64,000 nucleotides of DNA from the human T2T-CHM13v2.0 reference genome, Homo sapiens (GCF_009914755.1 NC_060942.1), one strand, 5' to 3'; shown: positions 27,945 through 43,024, counted from the first letter of the stretch. Numbers and translations: made by a program. The notes: a model not told the origin generated them from the letters alone.

Positions 27945-28038
27945 GTCACGGCCTCTATGGACAGTGGGGCAGGTGGGACCTCAACGTCGGTCACACCAAA
28001 GCAGTCTCTGTGTGATGGACAGTGGCACTCGGTGGCAG
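27945..28038 (+). CDS. LAMA3: LAMA3 coding exon (LG5), 94 nt
   Basis: ttccag|GTC ACG GCC ... GCA G|gtatgt; VTASMDSGAGGTSTSVTPKQSLCDGQWHSVA with the LamG DGxWH motif. Confidence 0.94.
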
Positions 28039-28319
28039 GTATGTTGTCCAGTAGCTGATTGTTCATGCACTAAAACAGGCCCCCTTTCCATTTTGACTTG
28101 AACATCCCAAAGGCAGCCTCAGCCCCTCCATCCACAGTGCCTGACCAGGGCCAGCCCCCGAGGCTAACGTGTCCATTCACAACCCCAGCCATGCTTCCGT
28201 CACTCATGGTTGCCACCTCCAGTTCTCCAGAACTTATCAAATATTTTATTGTTGCTGTTGTTGTTGTTTGTTTGTTTTTGGAGCCCAGCACACTAATAAG
28301 CTAGGCTAGTTTTCAAGAT

Positions 28320-28560
28320 AGTATAACGTTGTGATTTAGATTTTGGCTCTGAAGTTAGAACAGAGGTCAAATCTTAGTTCCATCCCTTTCCCTGTGTGAC
28401 CTTGGACAAGTTGCTTAATTGTTCTTTACCTTCGGTTTCCTCTTCTGTAAAATGGAAATAAAAATAGGGTATGGCTCTTAAGGTTGTGGAAATTAAATGG
28501 GACAATGTGTGAAAGGTTATTAGCCCAGTGTCTGATATGTAGTCAGTGTTCAGTAAGTAT
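28320..28560 (+). mobile_element. MIR
   Basis: tgtgtgaccttggacaagttgcttaa...tctgtaaaatgg. Confidence 0.8.
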
Positions 28561-29250
28561 CTGTTTTTTGTTAAGGCTCATTGTTGTGTTATTTTTTTCA
28601 ACAACCATTTAATATTAATGCTAACTATTTAGACAACCCGATGAGTAGAGAGCAAGCATTTCCTCTCAAAAAGAATCTGTTATTTTATTAATTATTTGTG
28701 GATATTAGAGATCTATGAACCCATATTGGCTAAAATACCTTTTGTAAAAAAGTGGCCTTTTCTTGGCTAATTTAAAAGATAACTACATTGCAATTAGCTG
28801 AGATCATTAACATGAGAGGAATTTTGTGTCGAGAGTCAAAAGAGCTGTCTTTGGCATCAGCTTTCAGAAGTCAGTGTCTTCATAGAAAGTAGCTGAGATC
28901 ACATGAAATCAGCATGGCCTCTGGACACAGGAGACCAGAGCTTAAATCCCAACTCTTGGTAACCAAGCCATCTTGTCAGGCTCCTCAGTGAGACACATTC
29001 TCTTATCTGGGAAATGGGGAATGATAATTTCTTCTTCACAGATTCATTTTAAGGGTAAAATTCATTCATGTACGTGGAAGCACTACCTGGTGTTTAGAGG
29101 AAGTTAATTGAATTTATATCTAAGCTGACCAAATTTCTGCAAACAGCACTCCCACAGGTCTAGTATGAAGGAGTTAAAACAAAGTCAATGGTGTAGACAT
29201 TAAGCAGGGCTCACCTCCGATGATAGACCTAACCAGCCTCCTTTCCCCAG

Positions 29251-29370
29251 TCACCATAAAACAACACATCCTGCACCTGGAACTGGACACAGACAGTAGC
29301 TACACAGCTGGACAGATCCCCTTCCCACCTGCCAGCACTCAAGAGCCACTACACCTTGGAGGTGCTCCAG
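29251..29370 (+). CDS. LAMA3: LAMA3 coding exon (LG5), 120 nt
   Basis: ccccag|TC ACC ATA ... CCA G|gtaact; VTIKQHILHLELD...PLHLGGAP. Confidence 0.95.
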
Positions 29371-29581
29371 GTAACTCTTGTCCTGACTTCTATAATGTGT
29401 TGCCCTGTGTCAGCTCTGAACATTCACTTCTTAATTAGTGGCAGGGCAGCTCTTGGCTGGACAGTGGAGATGGTGAGGCCCTTTGCACTGGCATGTGGGG
29501 AAAGGCAGTTGCTGGAAAGGAGCACTTGTCAGGTCAGCCCAGGCCCCATTACTGCTGTTGCCCCTTGCCCCAAGCCTGTAA

Positions 29582-29917
<336 letters not shown>

Positions 29918-30174
29918 TAATCCTTTCTTAAGAGGTTGCATTAACCTAGAAGCCTGATACCAGTAAAGAGTCAGGAAAAGGGTCTGAAAAACTGGTCTCT
30001 GTCCTCTTCAGGTATTTAGTTTTACTAGTGAGTTATTAAGCTTTTGGGGACCGGACTGGGAGAATCAGGTAGGCTGAAATGGAGTCAAGTTCAAGACTGG
30101 AATGTTGTCTGGGAAGAGCCTTTTCATTCTTCATTGTTTTCTGTCCCTCCAAATACACTGTAATCCGGTTGTTA

Positions 30175-30681
<507 letters not shown>

Positions 30682-30760
30682 TACTATCTTTTAAAATCCA
30701 GGGAACAGTCCCTGGACAGTATGAATTATTTACTGAATGCCTCTCCACTTTCTCTTTCAG

Positions 30761-30906
30761 CCAATTTGACGACACTGAGGATCCCTGTGTGGAAATCATT
30801 CTTTGGCTGTCTGAGGAATATTCATGTCAATCACATCCCTGTCCCTGTCACTGAAGCCTTGGAAGTCCAGGGGCCTGTCAGTCTGAATGGTTGTCCTGAC
30901 CAGTAA
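30761..30906 (+). CDS. LAMA3: LAMA3 terminal coding exon with stop
   Basis: tttcag|CC AAT TTG ... GAC CAG TAA; ANLTTLRIPVWKSFFGCLRNIHVN...LNGCPDQ*. Confidence 0.96.
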
Positions 30907-31324
30907 CCCAAGCCTATTTCACAGCAAGGAAATTCACCTTCAAAAGCACTGATTACCCAATGCACCTCCCTCCCCAGCTCGAGATCATTCTTCACTCAGG
31001 ACACAAACCAGACAGGTTTAATAGCGAATCTAATTTTGAATTCTGACCATGGATACCCATCACTTTGGCATTCAGTGCTACATGTGTATTTTATATAAAA
31101 ATCCCATTTCTTGAAGATAAAAAAATTGTTATTCAAATTGTTATGCACAGAATGTTTTTGGTAATATTAATTTCCACTAAAAAATTAAATGTCTTTTAAG
31201 AAACATTCTTTTCCACTTGTTAAAAAAATTAAATATATTTTAAAGCACTTTAAGAATATGAAACTTTCATATATGTTAAAGGATTATAATTTATGGAATT
31301 AAAAAATGCAGTGTAGTCCTTAAA
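30907..31324 (+). other. LAMA3: LAMA3 3'UTR (end approximate)
   Basis: AU-rich sequence after the stop; ATTAAA at 31298 followed ~20 nt later by a U/GU-rich tract (ttatgatgttttatt). Confidence 0.75.
31298..31303 (+). terminator. Probable polyadenylation signal (ATTAAA)
   Basis: Variant hexamer with downstream U/GU-rich element; no AATAAA seen until 31501. Confidence 0.65.
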
Positions 31325-32437
31325 TTATGATGTTTTATTAGCATAAAAGAAGTGGCTTGATGGTCATTGTTAATTGGATTAATTCTTCAGCACCAGTTCA
31401 ATGTGTTACCTACAACATAGTCTTCTACAGATAATCACTGAGCATATACTGATGAGGGTTTTGTGTGTGTTCACTATTGCAACTACAGTGAGGGATAAGA
31501 AATAAATTCCTGCCCTTAAGGAATATGCAGTCCAATTGGGGAGACATATAATATTCATAAAATAGTAACTTACAAACAAACTGAACTAATGAACCCATTA
31601 ATTAATGAAGCCCATTGGTTTCCCAATCCTAGCCTTCCCCAGCCTGCTACCAACCAAGTCTAGATTATGATGATCAATTCCTTGAGGGCACAAACTACCT
31701 GGTAGGGAAGCTGAGATGGATGTAACGCACCATCACTGAAGCTTCATATGGCAAGCTAACCAAAGTCAGTGGGATGGAGGACTCACTTCTAGTTTTATCT
31801 ACAAAATAATGAATGATGTACTGAACCAATATTATTACCCAGCACCACTTTCCCTAACAGAGAAGGCTACACAAGCATTTCCATATCCTCTACATAGTAT
31901 TTGTTCATCAGAAGAAAAATAACAAATAATTCTAAAAAATTGGATATAGTAATCCTATGTGGTACCCTTATAGCTACACACCCTGCACCTTTGAAACTGA
32001 GTCACATCCCCTTCAACCCAATGTTCTCTTCTGACTTCCACACTGCAGTCTTGTGGACGTGCTTTCTAACCACATCTATACAGAAATTGAATGTTCTCCT
32101 GGAGAGGTAGCGAGGTCCCCATCATAGGAGTATTCAACAGAGGCTGGGTGGTGGTCCTTAGGGATGCCATGTTGGGTTGGAGGTTAAACTACATGACTCT
32201 AAGCTATGTGCTTTCTTGAAATATTGATTTTAAAATGAAAAATTCACCAGGTGATGACCAGCCAGGAACTGAGTCTGCAAGAGGATCATCCATTTTAACA
32301 CCTGCCTTTGGCAGGTCTACACTAAGCCGGTGGTTCTCTCTTCTGGGTCCCCAGTGTTAACCTCACTGAATCTAAGGAGTTATTCACTGGTGCCGATTAT
32401 TTGTTAGCACTTCCTAGATTCATTAGAAAGGGGTAAT

Positions 32438-32730
32438 GACCAGGTGTGGTGGCTCACACCTGTAATCCCAGCACTTTGGGAGGCCAAGGCAGGAGAATTG
32501 CTTGAGGCCAGGAGTTTGAGACCAGCCTGGGCAACATAGCAAGACCCTGTCTCTACAAAACAATAAAAAAAAATTAGCTGGGCTTGGTGGCACATGCCTG
32601 TAGTCCCAGATACTCTGGAGGTCGAGGTGGGAGGATCACTTGAGCCCAGGAGGTTGAGGCTGCAGTGAACTAGGATCACCCCACTGTACTCCAGCCTGTG
32701 TCTAAAAAAGCAAAAGAAAAACAAAAAGAA
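32438..32730 (+). mobile_element. AluJ
   Basis: Dimer with A tail. Confidence 0.9.
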
Positions 32731-33789
32731 AGGGCTAGTTTATTCCTCACTGACTAATACCGATGGTTTTCCCCCATTTCGTAAAAGCTTGAAGAACAGC
32801 CACCTATCTGCCCTTGCTGAATACAGTTCCAGCCACCAGAAAGCAGCAGAGAGAGTCACAGATGAAATTACAGCTGAGGAAAAAGAACACCCTCAGTGTG
32901 GCTATTTGCAGATTGTAAATATGTGTTTCCTGAAAAGAATGTCTAGAGCTCCTTGACTGAACTTTCATGAGAATTGTTTGTGAACTATCAAATGCTATAC
33001 AAATATTGTCACTGGTATGCTCTTCCTGGCTCATAGGCACACACAAATTGGGCCGACCTTGTGAGGAGAGTCTCGGGAGGGACAGCAGGATCTCTGGTAG
33101 ACAACACTGACCAGTTCACGATGGGTCCACCATTGTTCCATCTTCGTTCAGTGGATTGGGGACTGGAAACAGTGCATCTCCCTGGGCAGCAGGCACTTCA
33201 GGGGCACCAAGTAACTGTAAAGCAATCGTGGGTCTGCACGGGCCTGCCTTCTTCAGCATCCCTCCAGGTGCTGGCTGACCTCACTCCTTAATACGTACAG
33301 TTATTGAGTTTTTGCCGTGCTCATAATATCCCTGTACCAGAGGACAGCAGCCCCGGACAGAACTCACTGACCTTCCCTTCTCCCAGGCAGGATGTGGTCC
33401 CACTTCCCCACAGAGAACTTGAACTCAGCTCCTTTCTCTACTCTCCCCAACCCCCAAAACTGCTGCACTGAAAACCCCTCACACCTCAGCGTCTGCCAGC
33501 CACTCTAACTCTTCTCTTCCGGTTCCCCAGTTCTCTTTTTACTAATTCCAACTTGGGCAGGTCAGTGGTAGCCCCCGAAAGGTCTTATTCTTCCTTTGGA
33601 ATGAGGACTTACAGTCAGCATATGGGTAGAAAAAAATTTAAAATAACCTTTTTTTATTGAATATCAGTGGTATGTGTGTTCGTTATGGAAAAATTGGAAT
33701 ATGCAGAGAGGCATTAAAATCACCTAGAATCTCACCACTCCGAAATCTGTTTGTATATAGTTATATGTTCATTAGTCTTTTAATTCACA

Positions 33790-34200
33790 TGTATTTTTTT
33801 ACAAAAATCATGATGATACCATATATATTGTTTTTATATGGTTTTGCAAAGTCTATTGTGTTTCCTAGGTCTTTAACTGTAGAGCATTTTATTCTATCAG
33901 ATGAATTTACCGTAATGTATTTAACCACCCTCCAATTATTCAGTAAATGGGGTTTTTTCTCTTTTCTTTTTTTTTCTTTTTGCAATTACAAGCAACACTA
34001 AAATGAAGATATCATGGGATATAAATTTATTTATTTTCTTAAGGTAAATTCTTAGAACTAACACTATCAGGTCAAAGGATATAAACATTTTAACGATTGT
34101 TATTAGCTATTACCAAATTGTTCCCCCAAAAGTTTATATCTGTATCTGTTTACACTCAGAATCATTTTAAGTTTGCCTTAATCCCTAATGCCACTGAATA
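33790..34200 (-). mobile_element. Old L1M fragment
   Basis: aaggtaaattcttagaact...ggtcaaaggatataaacatttt...ccaaattgttcccc. Confidence 0.6.
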
Positions 34201-35744
34201 TGAACCCACCAAAGCTTGCCGATGGTCTTCAAGATGGGCAGCAGACATTTACATTTATGCAAGCCAGCTTGTAGAGGTCCACCCTGATCCAGGCTGATCT
34301 GAGCCAAAATCCCATCACCTGGAACAGGTGGTCAGCTGGTGGGTGTTTAGCTCTGAGGGGCGATCCTGCAAAACACCTTTGGAGAGGGGGCAGCCTGATG
34401 CTGAGCCCTGCAGAACTGGAGCTGGGCCACGGACGCAGCCAGGTTTTCAGAATGCATCACACTCGAGAACACCAAACCGGTGCCAAGCCTGGGCCGTGCT
34501 CCCAGAAAGGGTTGGAATAATGTGCTGAACTCTCTTCGCAGCACTGGGCCTCAGTGATCGGTCCAGCCAGCCGGCTTCACCCTCCTCCACCTTGGAAGTT
34601 TGCTTTCATTGTGAGTGAAACTTTCATAAGAATTCTCTCAGGCAGGATTACCAGGATTTCACTTGGGAAAAACTCGAGACCCCATCCCTCCCACCACCCT
34701 GCCCAACAGAGAAATCCGAAGCAGAAACTTCTTGTTGTATATAACTACATACAAACTTTTTTTTTTTAAACGTGGATGATATAATAGCAGTGGTAGAAAG
34801 GGATGGATTTCTTGTTTTCAGTTTCTTCTTTTGCCAAACAATATAGCTTAATTCTTCAGCATAGAAATTCCAGCACAATGTCTGCGTAGCTGGGAATAGA
34901 AAGCAGAGATGAAATCGGGGATATCCTTGTTAATCATCCTCAGGGCAAGGAACGTAATTCTCCCAAAGTAGAGGGACAGGGGCCTGAGATGGTGAATGCT
35001 ATTGACTGGAAATGTCTTTTCTGCCTCGCTCATAAAGACTTGTATGACCCCAGTATATAAAGTGTAACTTTCCATTTCCAGAAGATTTCTTTCTCCATAC
35101 ATTTTGAATGTGTGGTTTATTTTACTCTACATTGAGCCCTTGATAAAATGAGAATTGGGAGTTTCAGAGGGCAGAGGGCCGGAACTTTCTGCAGCACTTG
35201 AGTCTTGCGAATGCACACAGGTCACACAGCAGCACACACTTACTGATTAAATCATCACTTGCTCAAAAGGCTTTTGCATATTAACCACTAACTTTAATCG
35301 TTTCACACTCAGGGAGCATGCATTTCTAAACAGTTAGCATGGAGCTGTGTGGCGGAGCTGCAGCTTGGCATGGTGTCCATTCGAAAGGCACATCTCGGAA
35401 GGTATTTACTATTCCTGTAGGAAATATGCTTCCTTACACATAAAGGTTATATTCTGGAAAACAGGTGGTTGAGCATAGCTAGTATTCAACGGCAGTGCTG
35501 TCAAGGGAGAAAAAATCCCAAACATCCATGTTTTCCCCAGAAGTGCAGTGTCCTTAGTGGGGGAGGAGGGGTTCTGCCAGAGGATGAAATGCATCCTAGG
35601 ACATCAGGGGCACTTCCTGGGCCAAAGACCAGCTGCTACTGGGACAGCTTCTGCCTAGCCCAGCTCCCAGGGGGCTTTTCTCCTATTCCTTAGTTTCCTA
35701 TAAACTATCTCTTCCCACTTTCCCACAATGAGAGGAAAGCCTCA

Positions 35745-35770
35745 CCCCCCCCCCCACCCCCCCCCCCCCC
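35745..35770. repeat. C11-A-C14 tract
   Basis: Direct reading. Confidence 0.9.
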
Positions 35771-36011
35771 ACTTTGGAGAAGAGCTATTGCTCTTGGAAG
35801 TCTCTTGAATCTGAGCCACCCCTTATTCCCTTGGGCCTGTAATTTCAGCAGTGGTTTAAGCATGTAAGCTTTCTGTCAGGGCGTTTAAAATTTCCTAGAA
35901 GTTTGAGGGACAGAAATTACCTCCCTTGCTTCATAAGGCTTCTTTGAGAGTTAAATGAAATGGCAGATGTGAAAATGTTATGAGAATATCATTGTTAATA
36001 TTATTACTATT

Positions 36012-36292
36012 GGCTGCGCATGCTAGCTCACACCTGTAATCCCAGTACTCTAGAAGGCTGAGGTGAGAGGATTCCTTGAGGCCAGGAGTTCAAGACCAGC
36101 CTGGGCCACACAGCAAGACTCCATCTCTACCAAAATAAAATAATTAGCTGGAAATGATGGCACCCACCTGTAGTCCCAGCTGCTCGGGAAGCTGAGGTGG
36201 AAGGATCTCTTGAGTCCATGAGTTCAAGACTGCAGTGAGCTATGATCACACCACTGCACCCCAGCCTGGGCAACAGTGCAAGAACCTCTATC
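36012..36292 (+). mobile_element. AluJ lacking a normal poly-A tail
   Basis: Dimer body runs into an AT-rich palindromic region. Confidence 0.9.
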
Positions 36293-36356
36293 AAATATAT
36301 ATATGATATATTACTATAAATGTGAATATATATCTTAATATATATTACTATAATCT

Positions 36357-36516
36357 ATATTCAACTTTTGATATTTTCACTCTTTTTACAGTGTTTATAG
36401 TAGTAATATTGCTACTATAAGTACTACTATATATATTTGATATAAAATATATATGTATGTAACTACTATAAACAACACTGTAAAAACATGGAGTGGAAGT
36501 ATCAAAAGTTGAATAT
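36357..36516. repeat. AT-rich inverted repeat (48/55 nt arms)
   Basis: atattcaacttttgata...tttttacagtgtttatagtagt versus actactataaacaacactgtaaaaa...tatcaaaagttgaatat. Confidence 0.92.
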
Positions 36517-36614
36517 TTCCTTGTGGCTTTAGTTATTCCTAGGCATGTTTGGAGATTTAAATATTTGGATATTCAAATATCAAAAAGCCAAAGACCTAAT
36601 AAAGAAGTTTCCTA

Positions 36615-37501
<887 letters not shown>

Positions 37502-38808
37502 CCCTCCAAAGAGTGGAAGGAAATCTTGTCCTAGGTTTTGACAATATTATATTTGTAATATGACTAGTTCTTGCTTTTCACAAAAACAAGGAATATTGCC
37601 TACTCTGCCCATTGTGTCAACCAATATCAAGAAATCCTTTGCTCCATGAGGATGCATTTTGACTGATTATTTAATACTCATGTTGTGATGTGAATTTTGA
37701 CTGGATTACCCATGGAGAATATCTTCTGAATAAAAATATTCATTGGTACTAATGATATTTCATATTTGAATAGCACTTTACAGTTTGTAAATAAATTTAA
37801 CATATATTTTCAATCAATGCATGAGAAGAAAAGGGAAGAGGAATTATCATCTAAATTCTAAGGTAGCATTATGCTACCTCTGTGTCAAAGTAAGTAAAGC
37901 AATCAAGTCTCCTAATGCCTGTATCTTCACTGCCTGGTAAAGCTTTGTGGCCAAGTGAAGGCTGCCATACCTCTTTCTAACCATGAAGGAGAAAGAGGAC
38001 TGGGAGGCCTAATGTGCAGCCATTCACTTCTGGCAACTTCAGCTTCCATTTTTTGGATTAGTCTCCTCCTTTTCTTGATTTTCCAGCCCATACTCCTCTT
38101 TGGCTTTTTTTTTAATCTTGGAGGAGGCAGACTAAAATTATCTCGTTTTACATTTTTTGATCCAAGGTAATAATATGTCCCCTTGAAGTTGGGTAACTGG
38201 CTAACCATTTAAAACATTAAAGATGGCTCCTTATCCTGCATCTTCTACCCAAATTAATTCCAGATGAATTGAAGATTCAAGTGAAATAAACCATCAAGTG
38301 CTGCAAGAAAACATTAGGAAAATTATTTATATGCTTTAGGTTGAGGAGTGGTTTTCTAAACATGGCACCAAATAAGGAAATTATAAGGAAAAAATTAGTA
38401 AATATGATCACATAAGAATATTAAATTTCTAGATGGCAAGAAATGCAATGAAATTAAAATAGAGCACTGGAAAAATATTTCAACATATAACAGAGAAAGC
38501 GTAATCTTACAGATTAAGAGCTCTTGCAGATTAATTCTAAAAATATATAAACACCCCAATAATAAAATGGTAAAGGACAGGATAATTTAAAAAGAAGAAA
38601 TACAAATTTCCCCTAAGCGTATGAGGCCTATCTTCAATCTAATTAGAAATCAAATAAATGTAAAATATGAAATATATTATTTTGTCTATAAAATTGACAA
38701 AGGTTGTTTAATCTATAAGTAAGCAATAGGATTGTATATTGGTATCACTTTGGGGCAGGAAAGTGGCAATTTGGGAATAGATATTGAAATTTTAAAATGT
38801 GCATTCTA

Positions 38809-38868
38809 TCCTGCACATGGGCCCTGGAATTTAAATTAAAAGTTGAAGGAAAAAGCCAAAGGAAAAAA
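38809..38868 (+). mobile_element. 60 bp L1PA/PB 3' end with 15 bp TSD
   Basis: tcctgcacatgggccctggaatttaaattaaaagttgaagg; TSD aaaatgtgcattcta. Confidence 0.8.
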
Positions 38869-38921
38869 AAAATGTGCATTCTACTTCTAGGAATTTGTCC
38901 TAGTTAGTTAAGAAAGATATG

Positions 38922-39212
38922 GGCCAGGCATGGTGGCTCACGCCTGTAATCCCAGCACTTTGGGAAGCTGAGGCAGGAGGATCACCTGAAGGCAGGAGTT
39001 CAAGACCAGCCTGGCCAAAATGGCTAAACCCCATCTCTACTAAAAATACAAAAATTAGCCGAGCATGGTGGTGCACACCTGTAATCCCAGTTACTCTGGA
39101 GGCTGAAGTAGGGAGAATTGTTTGAACCCTGGAGGCAGAGGTTGCAGTGAGCCAACATCGTGCCAGTGCACTCCAGCCTGGGTGACAGAGTGAGACTCTG
39201 TCTTAAAAAAAA
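38922..39212 (+). mobile_element. AluSx-like
   Basis: Full dimer. Confidence 0.92.
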
Positions 39213-39339
39213 CAGATATGAGTAACAATGCAACCATAAGGGTGTTCATATAGCATTGTTTGCTATATGTATTATATATTATTAATATGTGACATATACA
39301 TATAATGTTGTTTTAAGTTGGAAATAAAATGTGCCCCAA

Positions 39340-39498
39340 GACCAGGTGCGGTGGCTCCCACCTGTAATCTCAGCTACTTGGGAGGCTGAGGCAGGAGGAT
39401 CACTCGAGCCCAGGAGTTTGAGGCTGTAGTGAGCCACAGTTGTGCCACTTGTACTCTAGCCTAAGCAACAGGGCAAAACTCTCTCTCTTAAAAAAAAA
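39340..39498 (+). mobile_element. FRAM/FAM Alu monomer
   Basis: Right-arm-type monomer with A tail. Confidence 0.8.
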
Positions 39499-40380
39499 GA
39501 GTTCCCTCAAGTCGGGTTAGGTGTAAGAAACGGGAAGCCTGGTGGCCTGTGTCCCTCTGAGAGAAGCACTGACCAGGATAAGTCTGATGCTTTAATAATA
39601 GTTCATTGTGTGCAGATGTCCCTAAAAACAGAGGCTACCCTCTCCATTCTTTACCTCAGCTTCCATTTTTTGACCCCAACTTGGATAAGTGAATCCTGCT
39701 TTATCCTCCAATTCTATCCCTGGTGGCTGAGGGCCATATGGTTTCACATGGTAGGGACAAGAGAAAATACATACTTAAAATCCTGCCTTTTCATCAAGAT
39801 GTCACTAGGATCCCTGAGCAATAATGAAGCAATGAGGGGGATATCCAAGTCCACATCATAAATTTTCAGTGACCTGGAGATGGAGCCCTAAGCTCAACCT
39901 CTCTATGAGGGCTAATGACCCCACTCAACCAGATGCCCTGAAACTTGAGCCACGGTGGGTGTTGGGATTCCATGGCAGCACTGTGAGATAGAAGAGTGCT
40001 ACCAGGACCCACAAAACTCCACTCTCCCTTCCCCTGTGTACCTTGTGCAAAAAGCTAATATTTCATTTGAAGAAATCCCACCCTGGGAAAAATAAGGAGT
40101 ACCAGCCAAGAACTCATTCATGAGGGGAAGTTTACCAAGCATTTTGTTTTGCCTTGATCTCAGATGTTGCTCAACTGCCCCAGTTTCTCCAGTTCAGCAA
40201 GCACAGTGTTGCTCTTTCAAGAGGTAATTGGCAGGTAATTGGCTTTGCCAGCCATAACTCACAGACCTACCTCCCAGGAGATAATGAGATCTCAAAACAC
40301 ATGTGACGCATAAGAATGAGACCTTGCCCTGGTGATTCTGAGTCCCCAGGTATGGGTGGGGCCCAGAGATCTGCATTTTC

Positions 40381-40448
40381 TTTTCTTTTTTGTTTTTTCT
40401 TTGAGATGGAGTCGTGCTCTGTCTCTCAGGCTGGTGTGCAGTGGCGTG
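40381..40448 (-). mobile_element. Severely 5'-truncated Alu inside a MER5-like element
   Basis: TSD gagatctgcattttc at 40366-40380 and 40449-40463. Confidence 0.9.
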
Positions 40449-41137
40449 GAGATCTGCATTTTCAATAAAAACACCAGGTGATTTTCACAATCAGGCAAAT
40501 GTGAGAAATATGATAGTACAGCAACAAGGACTTGCATTAAATAGAACTTCACATTTCATGTAGGAGTCCCTAGAAAATGATCCTATTACTAGCATCCAGA
40601 TCTAATAGAGAATCTGCACTTAAGTGAGGAGGCAACAAGGTAGCCTTTCTAGTAGAATACAAAGCAGCACGAACCTCCTGAGCTGCTACAGCCGGGGGAC
40701 ATATATTGGTGTTGCACAGGAAGCGTCAGGGAGGCCATGGTGCTGCCCAGTGGTGGAAGCCATTTTTTTCCTCTCCCATCTCAGTTAGAAATAACTCTTT
40801 ACCTCCAAAGAGAATAGGGAGGTACCTGAGCCAAGACGTGTGTAATTCAGGAATGAAGAATGTGGAAAGGAGCATTACAGGCAGAGGGAAGAGCACAAGC
40901 AGAGGCACAGAGGAAAGAGGGCGTGGCTTAGGGGAACTAGAGAGAACCTCTGGTAGTGTGAGCAGGAAACGCAAGGGGGCAAGCGCTTGTAAGGAGATGA
41001 TGCTGCGGGGCAGGGCTGTGCAGGAGCCAGGTCCTTGGGGGAACGTGCTGACCCCTGCTATCTACTGTGAAGCCCTGGACTTAGCAAGAAAGAGCCAGTT
41101 GGTATCTTTGATAAGGGCAATTTTAGTGGAGTGATGG

Positions 41138-41614
41138 TGAGAGAAGAGAGAGACCCTCTCATATTGTTTTATATTGTTTTATACTCATCACCTGTTTTAA
41201 GAAAACAACAAGGAAGTAAAACCAAAGACAGGCAGCCTGGCGCCAGGCCCAAAACCAGGCCTGGGCCTGCCTGGCCTAAACCCAGTAGTTAAAAATCAAC
41301 TCATAACTTAGAAACCGATGTTATTCATGGATTCCAGACACTATATAGAAGAACATTGTGAAACTTGCTGCCCTGTTCTGTTTCTCTCTGACCACTGGTA
41401 TATGCAGCCCCTGTCACATACCCCTTGCTTGCTCAAATCAATCATGACCCTTTCATGTGAAATCCTTAGAGTTGTGAGCCCTTAAAAGGGACAGAAATTG
41501 TGCACTCGGAGAGCTTGGATTTTAAGGCAGTAGCTTGCCAATGCTCCCAGCTGAATAAAGCCCTTCCTTCTATAACTCGGTGTCTGAGAGGTTTTATCTG
41601 CGGCTTGTCCTACA
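41138..41614 (+). mobile_element. Solo LTR2B (HERV-E/Harlequin, ERV1), full length
   Basis: TG...CA ends, 4 bp TSD ATGG, start gagagaccctctcatattgttttatattgttttatactc, TATA-like cttaaaagg at 41481, AATAAA at 41554. Confidence 0.88.
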
Positions 41615-42349
41615 ATGGGGCCAGAAGTCAGATTACAATAGACTGAAGACAGTGAATGGGAAGTAAGAAGGTGTTAGCAGATCATGTCGATTACTCTTCC
41701 AAGAAGCTTAGTTGTAACGAAAAGGAGAACTTGGAGGACCTGTGATTGTGATGGATTGCTTTGTTTTGTTTTGATTTAAGAAAGCAGAATAGAATGTTTT
41801 GTATGCTGGGAAAGACATAGTTTATAGGGAGAGCTAAAAAGGAAGAGCAGAGGGAAAGCAGCCTAGTTACTGAAGAGGTGAGGGGGCAGGAAATGGACTT
41901 GGAGGACTCTTGGAGGGAGTGACCTTGAAGAAAGGTGAGGGAGCCCCTCTTCCCCTGAGCCTAGAGGAGAGGAGGTGACTGTAGGTGGAGAGAGATAGCA
42001 TTGTGTACAGGTGGGGAATTTGGGGGCCTCTGTTTTCCTAGTGAATTAGGAGATAAGGTTGTCTGGGGGAGAAGGCTTGAGAAGAGTGGGCAAAATGTCA
42101 ATGGGCAGTGCGAGGGCCAGTGGCCAGGTACACAGACAGTGGCTACTGAAGGAAACTGAGGACATATCATGGGTTATAGTTTTAGATAGGTTTTGAGTGG
42201 CACTGATTCACATAATTAACAGTTAGGTGGGCTGACGGATAGAAAATAAAGCTTATGGATTCTATTTCATTTTTTTCTTCTATTTCCATTTTCCAGGTGC
42301 CAAAAGCTGAGTTACTTACTGTCTTCATTTCACAGCTTGGTTGGCTCAT

Positions 42350-42515
42350 CTCATCCAGGGGCTCTCACCTGCCCTTGCAGCAGAAGCATCTGAGAATCAC
42401 TTAAAATACAGGTGTGTGTCTCCCTGCCCCACAGAGTTGATCTCAGGTGGGACCGGTATTCATGATCTTTAAAGCAGCCCAGGTGATTCTAATGAAGAGC
42501 CAGGATTGGGAAGCC
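42350..42515. mobile_element. MER5A-like
   Basis: cccaggtgattctaatgaagagccaggattgggaa end. Confidence 0.65.
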
Positions 42516-42593
42516 CTCATCTTAGCTGTGTCCAGGGGAGAGTCCTTTCCAGTTCCCTGGTGAGAAACACCTGGAAGTGTATAAGAGATGACC

Positions 42594-43024
<431 letters not shown>

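Larger units (their letters stand above)
38200..39330 (+). mobile_element. Old L1M ORF2/3' relic, interrupted by an Alu and a mini-L1
   Basis: A-rich; aaattaattccagatgaattgaagattc...; gtgttcatatagcattgttt. Confidence 0.65.
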
